The notes beneath the pieces were generated by a model. It was not told where the DNA came from. It worked only from the letters and a program-made list of their open reading frames with translations, and made no database searches. The position numbers and the translations under genes were made by a program. This document shows, one piece after another, positions 39,801 to 48,757 of a stretch of 64,000 nucleotides of DNA. Positions within the stretch are counted from its first letter, which is position 1, and each line of letters begins with the position of its first letter. Source of the stretch: Phoronis australis (taxonomy: Eukaryota > Animalia > Phoronida); assembly GCA_002633005.1 (NCBI GenBank), contig NMRA01000242.1, positions 1 through 64,000 of the forward strand. Direction: 5' to 3'.

Positions 39801-41934
39801 ACTAATGTCAAATCAAAAAGTATAAAATGAAAGTCACATGATTATAAAGGACAATGTACAAGCTTAGGGTTGAAAAATAACAGTCATGACGCTATTGGAT
39901 GATTTGATAAATGACTTTGGGAAGATTGATAATTTCATTACGCTATTAAGCCACTTTCCATTAAAAATATGGCCTTAGATCACTTAGAACTATCTTGAAA
40001 CTGGTCTCAACCTGCTCCTGCCTCAAACTGAAGGTGACTTCTGGCGTTTAGAAAGAACTGACCATACATTCAAAATTATCATCAGTTTCAACACTGTAGA
40101 AAACACCCTTCTCTCCCTACAGTGAACACTTAACACATTCACGAAAATGGTGATAATGTGAACAGTACTAAATTTGTTTTATCATGACAAGTCATTGTGT
40201 ATGGGCTGAGCATGAAGTCCTCAACAAGCAACACCAGATGGCAGCAGAAGGTCAATGGCAGACAACAATGATAAGAAAGTGTTCAGTTTTGCTTTCAGTT
40301 TTGCTTTCAGTTGTAAGTAAATTTTTTTGGGTACTTACTTTCATTCAAAATATGAAAAGTTTCCTTCAACCATCAGATTCCAGTTGTGATAACTTTGTTA
40401 ATTTCATCATAACAAATTGAATCCTTGGCTAAGCCCAGTTACCACGTGACAGACAACAATATATCAGTTATATTGATCAACAAAGTAGGAAAACAATAGC
40501 AGGTAACAATAACAGCCTAAAAAAGGTACATGCTGCAGGTATCAGGTGCCCAGCTAGAATTCCACCTATACCACAACCACACTGTCAAATGAGTCCAAGC
40601 ACTATATTTTATCTGCTGCAATAGCTGAACTTACAATACTTGAATCTTCCTCACCCGCAACCAGATGGCGCAGCATATCGATAACTAGGTCATGTTCCAA
40701 CATGGTTACACTGAGATCCCCAATGTTCAACAAGGTGTACTGATTACTAAAAAATAAAAATTTAACAAAAATAAATTAAATCCTAGTACTGTATGCAAAA
40801 AAGTTTACATGACAACCAATATTACTCGCTACACAAAAAGCAATAAAGTCTACATGACAACCAACCTGACTCGCCACAATTATTCTAATTTCATCTACTG
40901 AGAGTCAGACTGTCTCTTCAGTAAGAGATAACACACTTTCATTTTAGTAACTCCTTTTGAACACAAAGTCGTCATTAAGATAAAAATTGCATGCAGAGGT
41001 TTATGTTTTCCATTGCAGATGAAACGTGAAGAAATAATCATTGTGTTACATTAGTTCAATATGACAATGTTATGACACCAATCATGCGTGCACCCGGCCT
41101 AAAATGTAGGGGGACTCGAATTTTCGACATGCGGACCTTTTACTGAAAGAAATCAACGAGGACTAAAACAAAAACAAAAAAACATGGCCACTAGGTTCAG
41201 GCCTGCGAATTGTGCATCCTCGCCGACTTCCCGTGGATTTTGTGGACTTTTGTCTCGTTTACTCGGACTTTTTATTTCACTGAGGCAAACCTTTTTGCCC
41301 AATTCACCAAATTAGCGTGAGCCCCCCGAGCCCCCCCCCCCCCTGGGTGCGCCCATGCCAATGCAGAAATACCGTAATCCCAGTTCCTTAACCAGTTCAT
41401 CCTCTTCATCAAGGTTAGTAAACTCATGGCTGCCATGTGAACCACCAGTTTTTAACCAAATTTTAGTGACATGGTCTTTAAGAAGTCGCACTTGACTCGG
41501 CTGGGAATGCTGTAAAACAACCATCACATATTCATCATTTGTGGCAAATCAACCACTGACCAATTACAGATCACAAAAATTTCAAATTTTGCTAAAACAA
41601 CTATGCTAAGTTTGACTGTGGCCATTTGAGTTTACAGGTACTTTAATTTTTTAAAAATTTGAGAAGCCAGGTTCAACATGTTTTTTATTTTTACCACACC
41701 TCTAAAAACTAACAATAGATATATATATATAAATCAAACTAAACTATGATGAAAAACAGACAGAAACCGTGTTTACGTGCACGTCAACTTCATGTCTCAA
41801 TCCATGATCTGTAACTCTCCAACTGAAGTTAAGAATCAACTTACATCATTCATCTTGCATGCTTTCTGTTCTACACCATCTTTATCTCCCTCAACATGCC
41901 TCTTATGTCCTGATGGTGAATTCATTGTCAACAT
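30751..41934 (-). CDS. PDZ-like + IL-1/IL-18-family beta-trefoil cytokine-like protein (8 coding exons, 321 aa)
   Basis: Exons 41934-41845, 41509-41373, 40746-40635, 35494-35440, 35045-34854, 34358-34228, 33201-33096, 30893-30751. All introns are GT-AG, phases 0,2,0,1,1,0,1, and join into a 966-nt ORF ending TAA. Protein: MLTMNSPSGHKRHVEGDKDGVEQKACKMNDHSQPSQVRLLKDHVTKIWLKTGGSHGSHEFTNLDEEDELVKELGLRNQYTLLNIGDLSVTMLEHDLVIDMLRHLVAGEEDSSITVKKTNSVVKITIKELSYDSESDQIYIRVETDTVSADKSDEIEDLVFDDCPEVRIFSNGKAFKWCHETSSVQACPMGNGDDHFVFYQHNYRGWDTIDSRPAFLNSVAAFKSNNLYLYANKKEVRLLVSSGINLNNLKKQKPMLFRISKFSNVVFFESFAHKGYFMACDQNGKVFMKEVGQNKTSEELEKIPEIQFDVQEVTPVRETSI. FESFAHKGYFMAC resembles IL-18 FESSSYEGYFLAC; KSNNLYL resembles IL-1b KEKNLYL. 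Alternative start ATG at 41925. Confidence 0.82.
31987..32610 (+). mobile_element. Penelope-like retroelement 3' fragment with inverted terminal arm (last intron of IL-1-like gene)
   Basis: GIY-YIG C-terminus LSRRLSMHLQNGAIQDH...LKVLESLLIAFEKPVLNEQ* (~32073-32312); 79-bp inverted arms 31987-32065 and 32532-32610; hammerhead-like cttgagaatga...tcgaaa at 32430-32460. Confidence 0.75.
33096..33201 (-). CDS. IL-1-like gene coding exon 7 (VSSGINL...MLFRISKFSNVVFFESFAHK)
   Basis: cttcattttcag acceptor, donor GTATTT, phase 0/1; carries the F-E-S IL-1 family motif. Confidence 0.83.
33820..34190. repeat. Pyrimidine-rich low-complexity region with ~65-bp direct repeat and (TCCCTCCCTCAT)n
   Basis: Direct reading. 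Confidence 0.8.
34228..34358 (-). CDS. IL-1-like gene coding exon 6 (FVFYQHNY...NNLYLYANKKEVRLL), 131 nt
   Basis: ttttgattgcag acceptor, donor GTAAGT, phase 1 in / 0 out. Confidence 0.83.
34854..35045 (-). CDS. IL-1-like gene coding exon 5 (acidic linker + first trefoil strands)
   Basis: ctttttcag acceptor, donor GTAAGT, phase 1/1, 192 nt open. Confidence 0.82.
35150..35390. repeat. ~54-bp tandem repeat x4-5 (intronic)
   Basis: gtacatctctgtcaagcacag... recurs at ~54-bp spacing. Confidence 0.8.
35440..35494 (-). CDS. IL-1-like gene coding exon 4 (TVKKTNSVVKITIKELSY)
   Basis: cctgttttcag acceptor, donor GTAAGA, phase 0 in / 1 out. Confidence 0.72.
36366..36614. mobile_element. Palindromic MITE with TTAA TSD (Kolobok/piggyBac-type target)
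   Basis: ttaa|agttaaaagtggtctgctggattacc ... ggtaatccagcagaccagttttaact|ttaa, plus an internal hairpin. Confidence 0.75.
37370..37530. repeat. Diverged 18-bp repeat in inverted orientation to 39385-39735
   Basis: (ggttctatgtgtccc)-like units. Confidence 0.7.
38266..39338 (-). mobile_element. Non-autonomous Helentron-associated (HINE/DINE-1-like) element, full length
   Basis: 5' subTIR ATGCGCCCACA within a hairpin (39334-39305) followed by a (GTCC)n-like microsatellite. Internal ~150-160 bp diverged repeats. 3' subTIR (38291-38301) followed by stem-loop CAACGC-gga-GCGTTG (38274-38288) and a T-rich end. Confidence 0.8.
39385..39735. repeat. 18-bp minisatellite (CATAGACCACAGGACACA)n, ~19 copies
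   Basis: Direct reading; explains the repetitive ORFs 39128-39775. Confidence 0.95.
40635..40746 (-). CDS. IL-1-like gene coding exon 3, PDZ-like core (NQYTLLNIGDLSVTMLEHDLVIDMLR...)
   Basis: tttttag acceptor, donor GTAAGT. Pattern GLR-x3-LL-x-IG-x2-V-x3-H-x2-V-x2-LR resembles PDZ betaD-betaE-alphaB. Confidence 0.8.
41083..41357. mobile_element. Same MITE family, copy 4 (intron of IL-1-like gene)
   Basis: catgcgtgcaccc...gggtgcgcccatg flanked by ccaat/ccaat. Confidence 0.8.
41373..41509 (-). CDS. IL-1-like gene coding exon 2 (HSQPSQ...KELGL)
   Basis: ttttacag acceptor, open frame, donor GTATTT, phase 2. Confidence 0.78.
41845..41934 (-). CDS. IL-1-like gene coding exon 1 (MLTMNSPS...KMND)
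   Basis: Acceptor ttgaag upstream of 41944, two in-frame ATGs (41934, 41925), donor GTAAGT, phase 0. Confidence 0.7.
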
Positions 41935-42239
41935 TGACAAGAACCTTCAACAGATGAAAACACAATAGTGATGTATAAAATACTCTATACAAACACGACA
42001 ATTTACACATTTTAAGTAGTATGCATAAACACAATGTTAAAACACCCACAGCAACAATTTAGCGACACAAATTCTACAGTACTTATTTTTTGCAGAACCC
42101 ATTATAGCAAAAATCTCGGAAACAATGAAGTTTAATCAAAATCTTTAGAGGCACGGTGCTAAAATATCCAATAAATATGGCGCAAACAGTGTAAAAATGG
42201 CCAGTTGCCGAGTTGGGCAACAAAGCAAAGGACTGTTTC

Positions 42240-42830
42240 AAAAAAGTTTAACTACGGGAGTATTTGTTCAAGCGAGGACAAGTTAAAGACATTAATGCAT
42301 TATGCACAAAAGTACTCATAGCACCGTGACTTTGATGGTCTAATCAGTTTCCCATAATTCACTAAAAAGTACCTGTGCATGAAGGGCCTATGCGATGGCC
42401 GCTGTCTCTACTGCTACTTAAGATGGTGGGGTGGCACTCTCTTTATCAATCAGCTACTATACAACTCTCATAAAAAGGATAAATAAGAATAACATGTGGT
42501 GACTATGAGATCAGTATACTTATTACTTCAAAGTCCTTCTGGTGTATTAGTAAAGTGTCTGTGAAGTGACTCCGAACTAAAATGGCTCAGAAAAAAGGAC
42601 ACCGACTGCAAAATGCCACCATCTCTACTTAGCAGTAGAGACAGCTGTACTCCCGTAGGGCCTTCATATGCCAGAAGCTTTTCAGAGAATTATGCCACAC
42701 ACTGATTAAACCAATAAAGTCACATTGCTGTAAGTAGCTTTTGTGCATAAAGGGACACCTTTGGAGGCCGTTGATGTCTAATTCCTTCCACAACTCTAAC
42801 AAATACTCCCGTAATCAAACTTTTCTTTCG
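42240..42830. mobile_element. Old foldback/MITE
   Basis: Diverged ~200-bp inverted arms (tacgggagtatttgtt...gctgtctctactgcta vs tagcagtagagacagc...aacaaatactcccgta). Confidence 0.65.
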
Positions 42831-42850
42831 AGCCAGGCTGGTTGGTGGAC

Positions 42851-44379
42851 TACAGTGGCTGTAAAAGGACAGCACGGCAACTTTTTTCTCCATGCTAACT
42901 CTATCAATGGACTTACTAACTCTAACAATAGACTTACTAACTCAGTCGATAGACTTATTATTTGTCGATAGACTTATTAACTCTATCGATAAACTTACTA
43001 TTTCTATTGATAGAGTATTCAATGGTTTAAAAGTTCGTTCTGGATTGTCAGTAAAGACAAACCTGACCTAGTTTTCAGATCCCGTCATTGCTAATACGTT
43101 TGCAATATTGTCTAAAATCATGGTTCTTAGATCACTGCACTGCTGGTTTCAAGTTTGACAGTATGTTGGCCTTTGCTGTGGCTTAGGAACTCATATGTAG
43201 GCATGGAACAGACTGGTGAACTGTTGAAACTGTTTTTGTAATTTAGTAGACAAGCTTTTTGTAATGTATAAGTTGATTTGTTGTGTTGCATATACAAGGA
43301 TTTTTTAGTTCAAAGTACATACTGAGAGTGGCGCTAACTGTAAGCAAGATAGGTGTGAGATGGATTTAAGTCTTTCTTTTTTGTTTCAATAAAACTGGAA
43401 TTAAATGAGTTGTATATATGTATGAGGATTTTCAGTTCAAAGTACAGAGTGCGGTGGTAACTGTAAGCAAGATATATTGTATACGTGTGAGACGGTTTTC
43501 AAGAGTCGAAGATTCTTCACTTCAGAAGGTTAGACCTATTGGCAATAGCTTCTATTTTTGAAGGCGTGCTGACCATTGTTTCAAAGTGCTATGTTTTAAC
43601 CGTCTGTTTATCGCATGTTTTGTGCAAGCACCCTTGGGACACTGACTGTCTTGTGGGCCTCAAACCATAATACGTATCTTGAACATACGTCAATACAGAC
43701 ATTAATTCAAATGTCATATAGCTTTAACTCGTCGTAAGAGTTCATGTGCCAAACGACATTCGGACCTCAGACTCCATACCTCGTCCGAACTAGCCATTTC
43801 AACGTCTGGCTTCAACTCATGAAGCTTCAATGACAGTTAACAACTGCCGAATTGTCTCTCGACGTGGTACAGTTAAACCATTTGCTGAAGCACTTCTGAT
43901 ACATAAATCTATAACCGTGCATCTGACCTGATCCCGCGGCTTGTTCTTCAACAAAACGATCTACTTCATCAAAATCTGGCATATTTTTCCGGCGCCGAAA
44001 GTCACCAAAACACGTCGCAATTCCCTTGTGCTTAGTGACGCTCCAAAAGTAAGCATGAATACCTTTATTGTTTCATCTTGAGTCAGTCCTAGCTTGAAAA
44101 AATCGACAAGAATCAAAAGATGCTTGTTTCCGTCCTTCATTTTTATTGAAACCGAGGTAACAACCTCGATGTAACTGCAACGATAGAGTTAGTCTATCAA
44201 TAGACGTATTAACTGTTTCGATACAATTATTAACACTATCGATAGAGTTACTAAGCCAATCGATAGAGTTAATAAGTCTATCGATAGAGCTAGTAAGTCC
44301 ACAGAGTTAGTAAGCCTATTATCGACAGACTCGCATTAACAAAAGGAGAAAAAGTTGTGTCGTCCTTTTACAGCCACCA
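42851..44379 (-). mobile_element. IS3EU-like DNA transposon, decayed (intron 1 of IL-1-like gene)
   Basis: TIR GTGGCTGTAAAAGGAC, TAC terminus, 6-bp TSD gtggac/gcggac, ~20-bp subterminal repeats (atcgatagagttaataagtct) at both ends. Disrupted transposase on minus ~44140-43620: FFKLGL...RRKN...GSGQMHGYRFM...GPNVVWHMNSYDELKLY...IDVCSRYVLW. Confidence 0.75.
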
Positions 44380-44451
44380 GCGGACTGTTTCTTACTTAGT
44401 AATCACTATCTATATTTAGTTGTTTTATCATACAACGTATGTGAAATTTAC

Positions 44452-44520
44452 CTCTTACAACTATCAGGCGTCGTCACAATGCCAACAGTGAGAGTTTCTT
44501 TGTAAACCGCGGTCTACGAC
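44452..44520 (-). other. Probable non-coding 5' UTR exon of the IL-1-like gene
   Basis: GAG|GTAAAT donor at 44452/44451 immediately downstream of a CpG-rich promoter-like block; no ATG; 5' end approximate. Confidence 0.5.
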
Positions 44521-44670
44521 GGACGTCACTTGCATGAACCCGGAAGTGTAAAGTGACTGTGCCCCTTTCAGTACCTCAGTGCTTCCGGCTCGTATTGAAA
44601 TTCGGCCCAAATCGGAATATTCCGATACGGGCCGTTCCCGTCTGGAATTCCAATGGGCGGCCCGTGTGGA
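44515..44670. promoter_or_regulatory. Putative promoter of the IL-1-like gene
   Basis: CpG-rich patch with GACGTCA (CRE-like, 44522), ETS motifs CCGGAAGT (44540-44547) and CTTCCGG (44582-44588), 16-bp palindrome ATCGGAATATTCCGAT (44611-44626), GGAATTCC kB-like core (44644-44651), CCAAT (44650) and GGGCGG (44655). Confidence 0.55.
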
Positions 44671-45059
44671 ATATATTTAAAACGATAAATTGAATACAAA
44701 ACTTTATAATTAGTTATTATTTCATAAAATCGAGGTTCCCTTTCATAGTATTAATATAATACAAATACATACAACGTCGTGTTGCTATTAAATCTTCAAT
44801 CGTTGTACTAGGTTGACCGGGGGCGAGTCTCCTACTAAATTCCAAATGATCAGCTATTATGAGTTGCAGGAGTTCAAGGCAAATAATTTTGAAAATTTAG
44901 CTTCTAATAGAACATTTTCGACGAATTTGAATATTGCTTTATACGAAAAGACCAGGTTAAAATATGCTGTTACGTTTCCACGTATTTTCTACCAACGGGC
45001 CTCTTAGTCGGCGCCGATTCCAATAAGGCTACGACACGGCATGGGAGCCGGCTCGTCCG

Positions 45060-46190
45060 CAGTACTGGAATTTGGGCAAGTGTTCAGACATTGGGACGTT
45101 TATTCCGAAAATTGCAAGAGATGCAAATTGGTCCTGAGATACAACGTCTTTGACAAAAGCGCCAAGTTTGAAGTAGGCTGTCTATGATGAACGGGTCAAA
45201 TACATAGTTGCGCTTGTAACTCTTTTGAATGGACATGACAACGTGAGGACCTTAGTGTCAAGCAGCAAAACGAGACGTTGACATCGTAGACTGAGTCTTA
45301 CAAGCTCAATGACACAGCAAGCATTAATTGAGAACAAACATCGAAGATGTCTGGGTAGTTCCAACTTGAAGACCGCGCAAACCATTTGATCCGATATTAC
45401 TCGGCAGTCCACTGAGACAACAGAAGCTAACGTGCCTCAAGAGACACCCAAGTAATAAATCATAATTCTACACAGTTTGTACACAATCTCGATTTTCTGA
45501 CATACTTTTTTTCTTTGATGCTTGTGTGCAATGTAAACGAAACAGACTTATTAGTTTTCGGACATGCCAAATAGTATACCCGGCCGAGTAAAGGAAGTAA
45601 TGACGGCACAGGGTCTACGATCGAGCGCACAGAAACTGATTCTTATCTAGTAGCTTCATAACCGAAATCTATTTCACGTAATGCTTAGTTAAATTTGTAC
45701 TCAATACTTGTTTCTTCCAGTGAGTACTACAGAAGAACAGTGTGTAGACAACCTCTCACATCAGTTGACCACCCGGTTTTCGAAAGACAACAGGCAGGTG
45801 GAAGCTGTCATGTCTTGTGCCATTAGTGGTTAGCAGGATGAAGGATGTAGACTTAGGCTCACTGGAGGATAGGCTGCATTTCTGGGATACAGACTTGCCA
45901 CCACCAGATTTGAAGGTGACTGACTATCCGTTCTGACTATCCGCGTTCTGAGCAACACGTTTTGTCTTCTGTTAAATTTCCAATTGCCCTATGTCAGAGA
46001 AGCATAAAAAGTAGAATATCTTTTGCTCTCATTTCAGCAATAACTGCGACGCTGGCGGTCCTTCTGGAATGCTCAAAATCGAGAGGAATTCCCAGATAAC
46101 TTGCGTTCCACACTCAAGCACGCAGACGGTGACCTCATCTTCCCAAACGTCAGGGAGCTGTTATTGATAGAATGTCTATTCCCTATTGGA
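45060..46190 (+). pseudogene. Decayed intron-containing hAT transposase C-terminal half
   Basis: Disrupted peptides YIVALVTL, EYYRRTV/DNLSHQLTTRFS, LEDRLHFWDTDLPPPDLK, FPDNLRSTLKHADGDLIFPNVRELLLIECLFPIG (hAT dimerisation domain). Splice-like acceptors at 45720 and 46037; interrupted by a CATGGG-terminated MITE at 46191. Confidence 0.65.
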
Positions 46191-48259
46191 CATGGGCTCT
46201 GCAGCATTGAAAAAAGTGGGGCTGTAGCCCCCCCCCCCCCCCCCCCCCCCCCCCNNNNNNNNNNNNNNNNNNNNNNNNNNNNNNNNNNNNNNNNNNNNNN
46301 NNNNNNNNNNNNNNNNNNNNNNNNNNNNNNNNNNNNNNNNNNNNNNNNNNNNNNNNNNNNNNNNNNNNNNNNNNNNNNNNNNNNNNNNNNNNNNNNNNNN
46401 NNNNNNNNNNNNNNNNNNNNNNNNNNNNNNNNNNNNNNNNNNNNNNNNNNNNNNNNNNNNNNNNNNNNNNNNNNNNNNNNNNNNNNNNNNNNNNNNNNNN
46501 NNNNNNNNNNNNNNNNNNNNNNNNNNNNNNNNNNNNNNNNNNNNNNNNNNNNNNNNNNNNNNNNNNNNNNNNNNNNNNNNNNNNNNNNNNNNNNNNNNNN
46601 NNNNNNNNNNNNNNNNNNNNNNNNNNNNNNNNNNNNNNNNNNNNNNNNNNNNNNNNNNNNNNNNNNNNNNNNNNNNNNNNNNNNNNNNNNNNNNNNNNNN
46701 NNNNNNNNNNNNNNNNNNTTGGCTGCCGCAAAAAAATAAAACAGCAAGAGCGTAGGGAAATGTTGAGTTTATTAATTAACCCCGGTAATTAAAATTGTAC
46801 GGCTGAAACAAGATTTAAATGTGTACAGTTTTAGTGTTTGGGGGGGGCTCAGATCCAATTTCAAGTGTCACGGCGCAATCGTGACGGAACTATTGCTAAG
46901 TATAGGCTCTCCCGCGTTATCTCAGGCGACCGGCAGTGTCGCTGGGCACTACGACTCCCTTTCCGTCGTCTGCTCCACTGTGCAATGAAGAAAATTACTT
47001 CATTTTTTTAAAAAAATGGAATCTTTGTGATGGTGAAAAAACAGAAGCTGCTGGTAAGATGTCAATTTTAATCGAAGCCTTAGTGAATCACTCAGAAACT
47101 CATAATTCTCTCTTTGTCAAACCTTAACTTAAGACGATTTCCAAAGCAATCGCGTCATTATTGCCAACACAAAAAACGGATTTGGTCTTTTGGGCAATTG
47201 AAGACTAGCAGGAAAAAAAAAACCAAGTACGGTTTTCGATTTTTAAAAATCGATTAACTAATAATCTAAAAACTGCAACCATTGGGTACGATTGAAGATA
47301 AACTACCGCACGTATTGATATTCTTGGTGGATATACAAACGCTGATCAGAGTTAACAATATCACATGGATTCATTTTTTTAATATTCTTTCAATCTCGTT
47401 TTACCAGATTTTTGACCAGGAAAACAGTTGTACTTAACTTGTGCCCACTTTTCATTTTTATTACTGACAAAGAGCTAGAATAGTTATATAGTCTGTGCCA
47501 CCGAAATTGTCCAGAGATTCCAAATCTTCAGTTTGATTATCACAATATTTGCACTTCTGTATATATTTTATGATTTGAGTTCTAATAAAGATTAAACTTT
47601 AATGACTCGTGAAATGTTTAGTGTACCTGTAATGTGGTAAGTTGATTGGTTCCCAATGAATTTAACTAATTAAGTTTAGCTGGCGATCAAAATCTACCAC
47701 TGTTTCGGTACTTCAAGTTTGATGAAAAGTTATCAGCCCGTTCCCGGTAAGAAAAAAAAAAACAAGTGGGCAGAAGCATTAAAAATTAAATAAAAAAACC
47801 AACATGAAACTTATCGTTCCTTTGGGAAGTGGCCCTTTGTGAAGATAAACACAAGTTAACCTTTTTAGTCATTTTGTAATATCTATAATGTACCAAGACA
47901 AAACTACTCTCCAGAGTTGCAAGCTTTAACTCTGCAAATGTCAGAGAAAGCCAAATTGGGGGTACTAACAACAACCATTGTTGAGACAGTAATGCTAGCA
48001 ATTACCTAGTTTTTTACTTCAATAGCTCAGATCTACATCAATACACAGGGCGCCCTGAATAGGCATTGTAAAAGTTGTTTGGGGCTTGGGGAATCCGAGA
48101 GCCGTCACCAGTGCAAGCGAGAAATTCTCCATATGACCAAAGAGATAAATATAGTCCACATATAGCTCAATGGGTCCGAAGTTGGAAGTCTAAAATGCTC
48201 TTAATGCCAGCGTGTCTTTCAGTGGTTGGACCTGGACAACGGGCCGCGTAATCGGCTTT

Positions 48260-48630
48260 CTCGTATTTTCATTTCATAAGCACTTCGTTGACGTCATAGA
48301 ATGATCTTATGATTCTATTTTGGTCTCGGTGTTACTAAAAATAGGCCACAAACAGTGAGTCACTTTGCGACACCAGATGTCGTCAGAACTCAGAAATACT
48401 TCATTTTCATGTTTTATGTATTTACTCTCACGGGTTAGTTTACTACAACTCATTTTTTTACAGATTGCATGGAATAAAAAATACGTCTGTTATTCTCTTA
48501 CCGGCATGTAAACTTCTAATTTTGTCAACGTTCAAGCGTTGCAACGGGTACCTGGTACAACGGTAACATTTGTTTGTGGTCCTCTACTGACGTCAATTAC
48601 AAAACAAACTTTCTGAATTGGACGTGCGAT
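48260..48630 (+). promoter_or_regulatory. Putative proximal promoter of the MVP-like gene
   Basis: Two full CRE palindromes TGACGTCA (48289, 48587), AP-1 TGAGTCA (48356), TTTCATTTC IRF-like element (~48267) and ATTGG (~48617) within 450 bp upstream of the ATG. Confidence 0.45.
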
Positions 48631-48712
48631 CGGCTCCGAAAATTTACAAACTGTTGGACAAAGCTCGAAGAAGTTGGAATTTCGTGTGTAGCATCGGCCC
48701 GAGAGTATCACC

Positions 48713-48757
48713 ATGCCTCGTCAGTTTGGTTTTGTGACCCTGGATGTTGGAGAAAAG
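48713..48757 (+). CDS. MVP-like exon 1 (MPRQFGFVTLDVGEK)
   Basis: accATG start, donor GTTAGT, phase 0. Confidence 0.78.

Noticed and set aside
40040-40362. Candidate extra minus-strand exons (GEKGVFYSVETDDNFE; ETFHILNE) in the IL-1-like gene
   Set aside because: Weak splice sites; the model is phase-consistent without them and they would interrupt the PDZ-like domain
45721-45797. Possible 5' UTR exon of the MVP-like gene from a shared bidirectional promoter at 44.6 kb
   Set aside because: The sequence translates as part of the hAT transposase relic, and the MVP-like gene has its own promoter-like motifs at 48.3-48.6 kb
46073-46747. Long ORFs across the gap
   Set aside because: Mostly N and poly-C; only the hAT remnant before 46190 is meaningful
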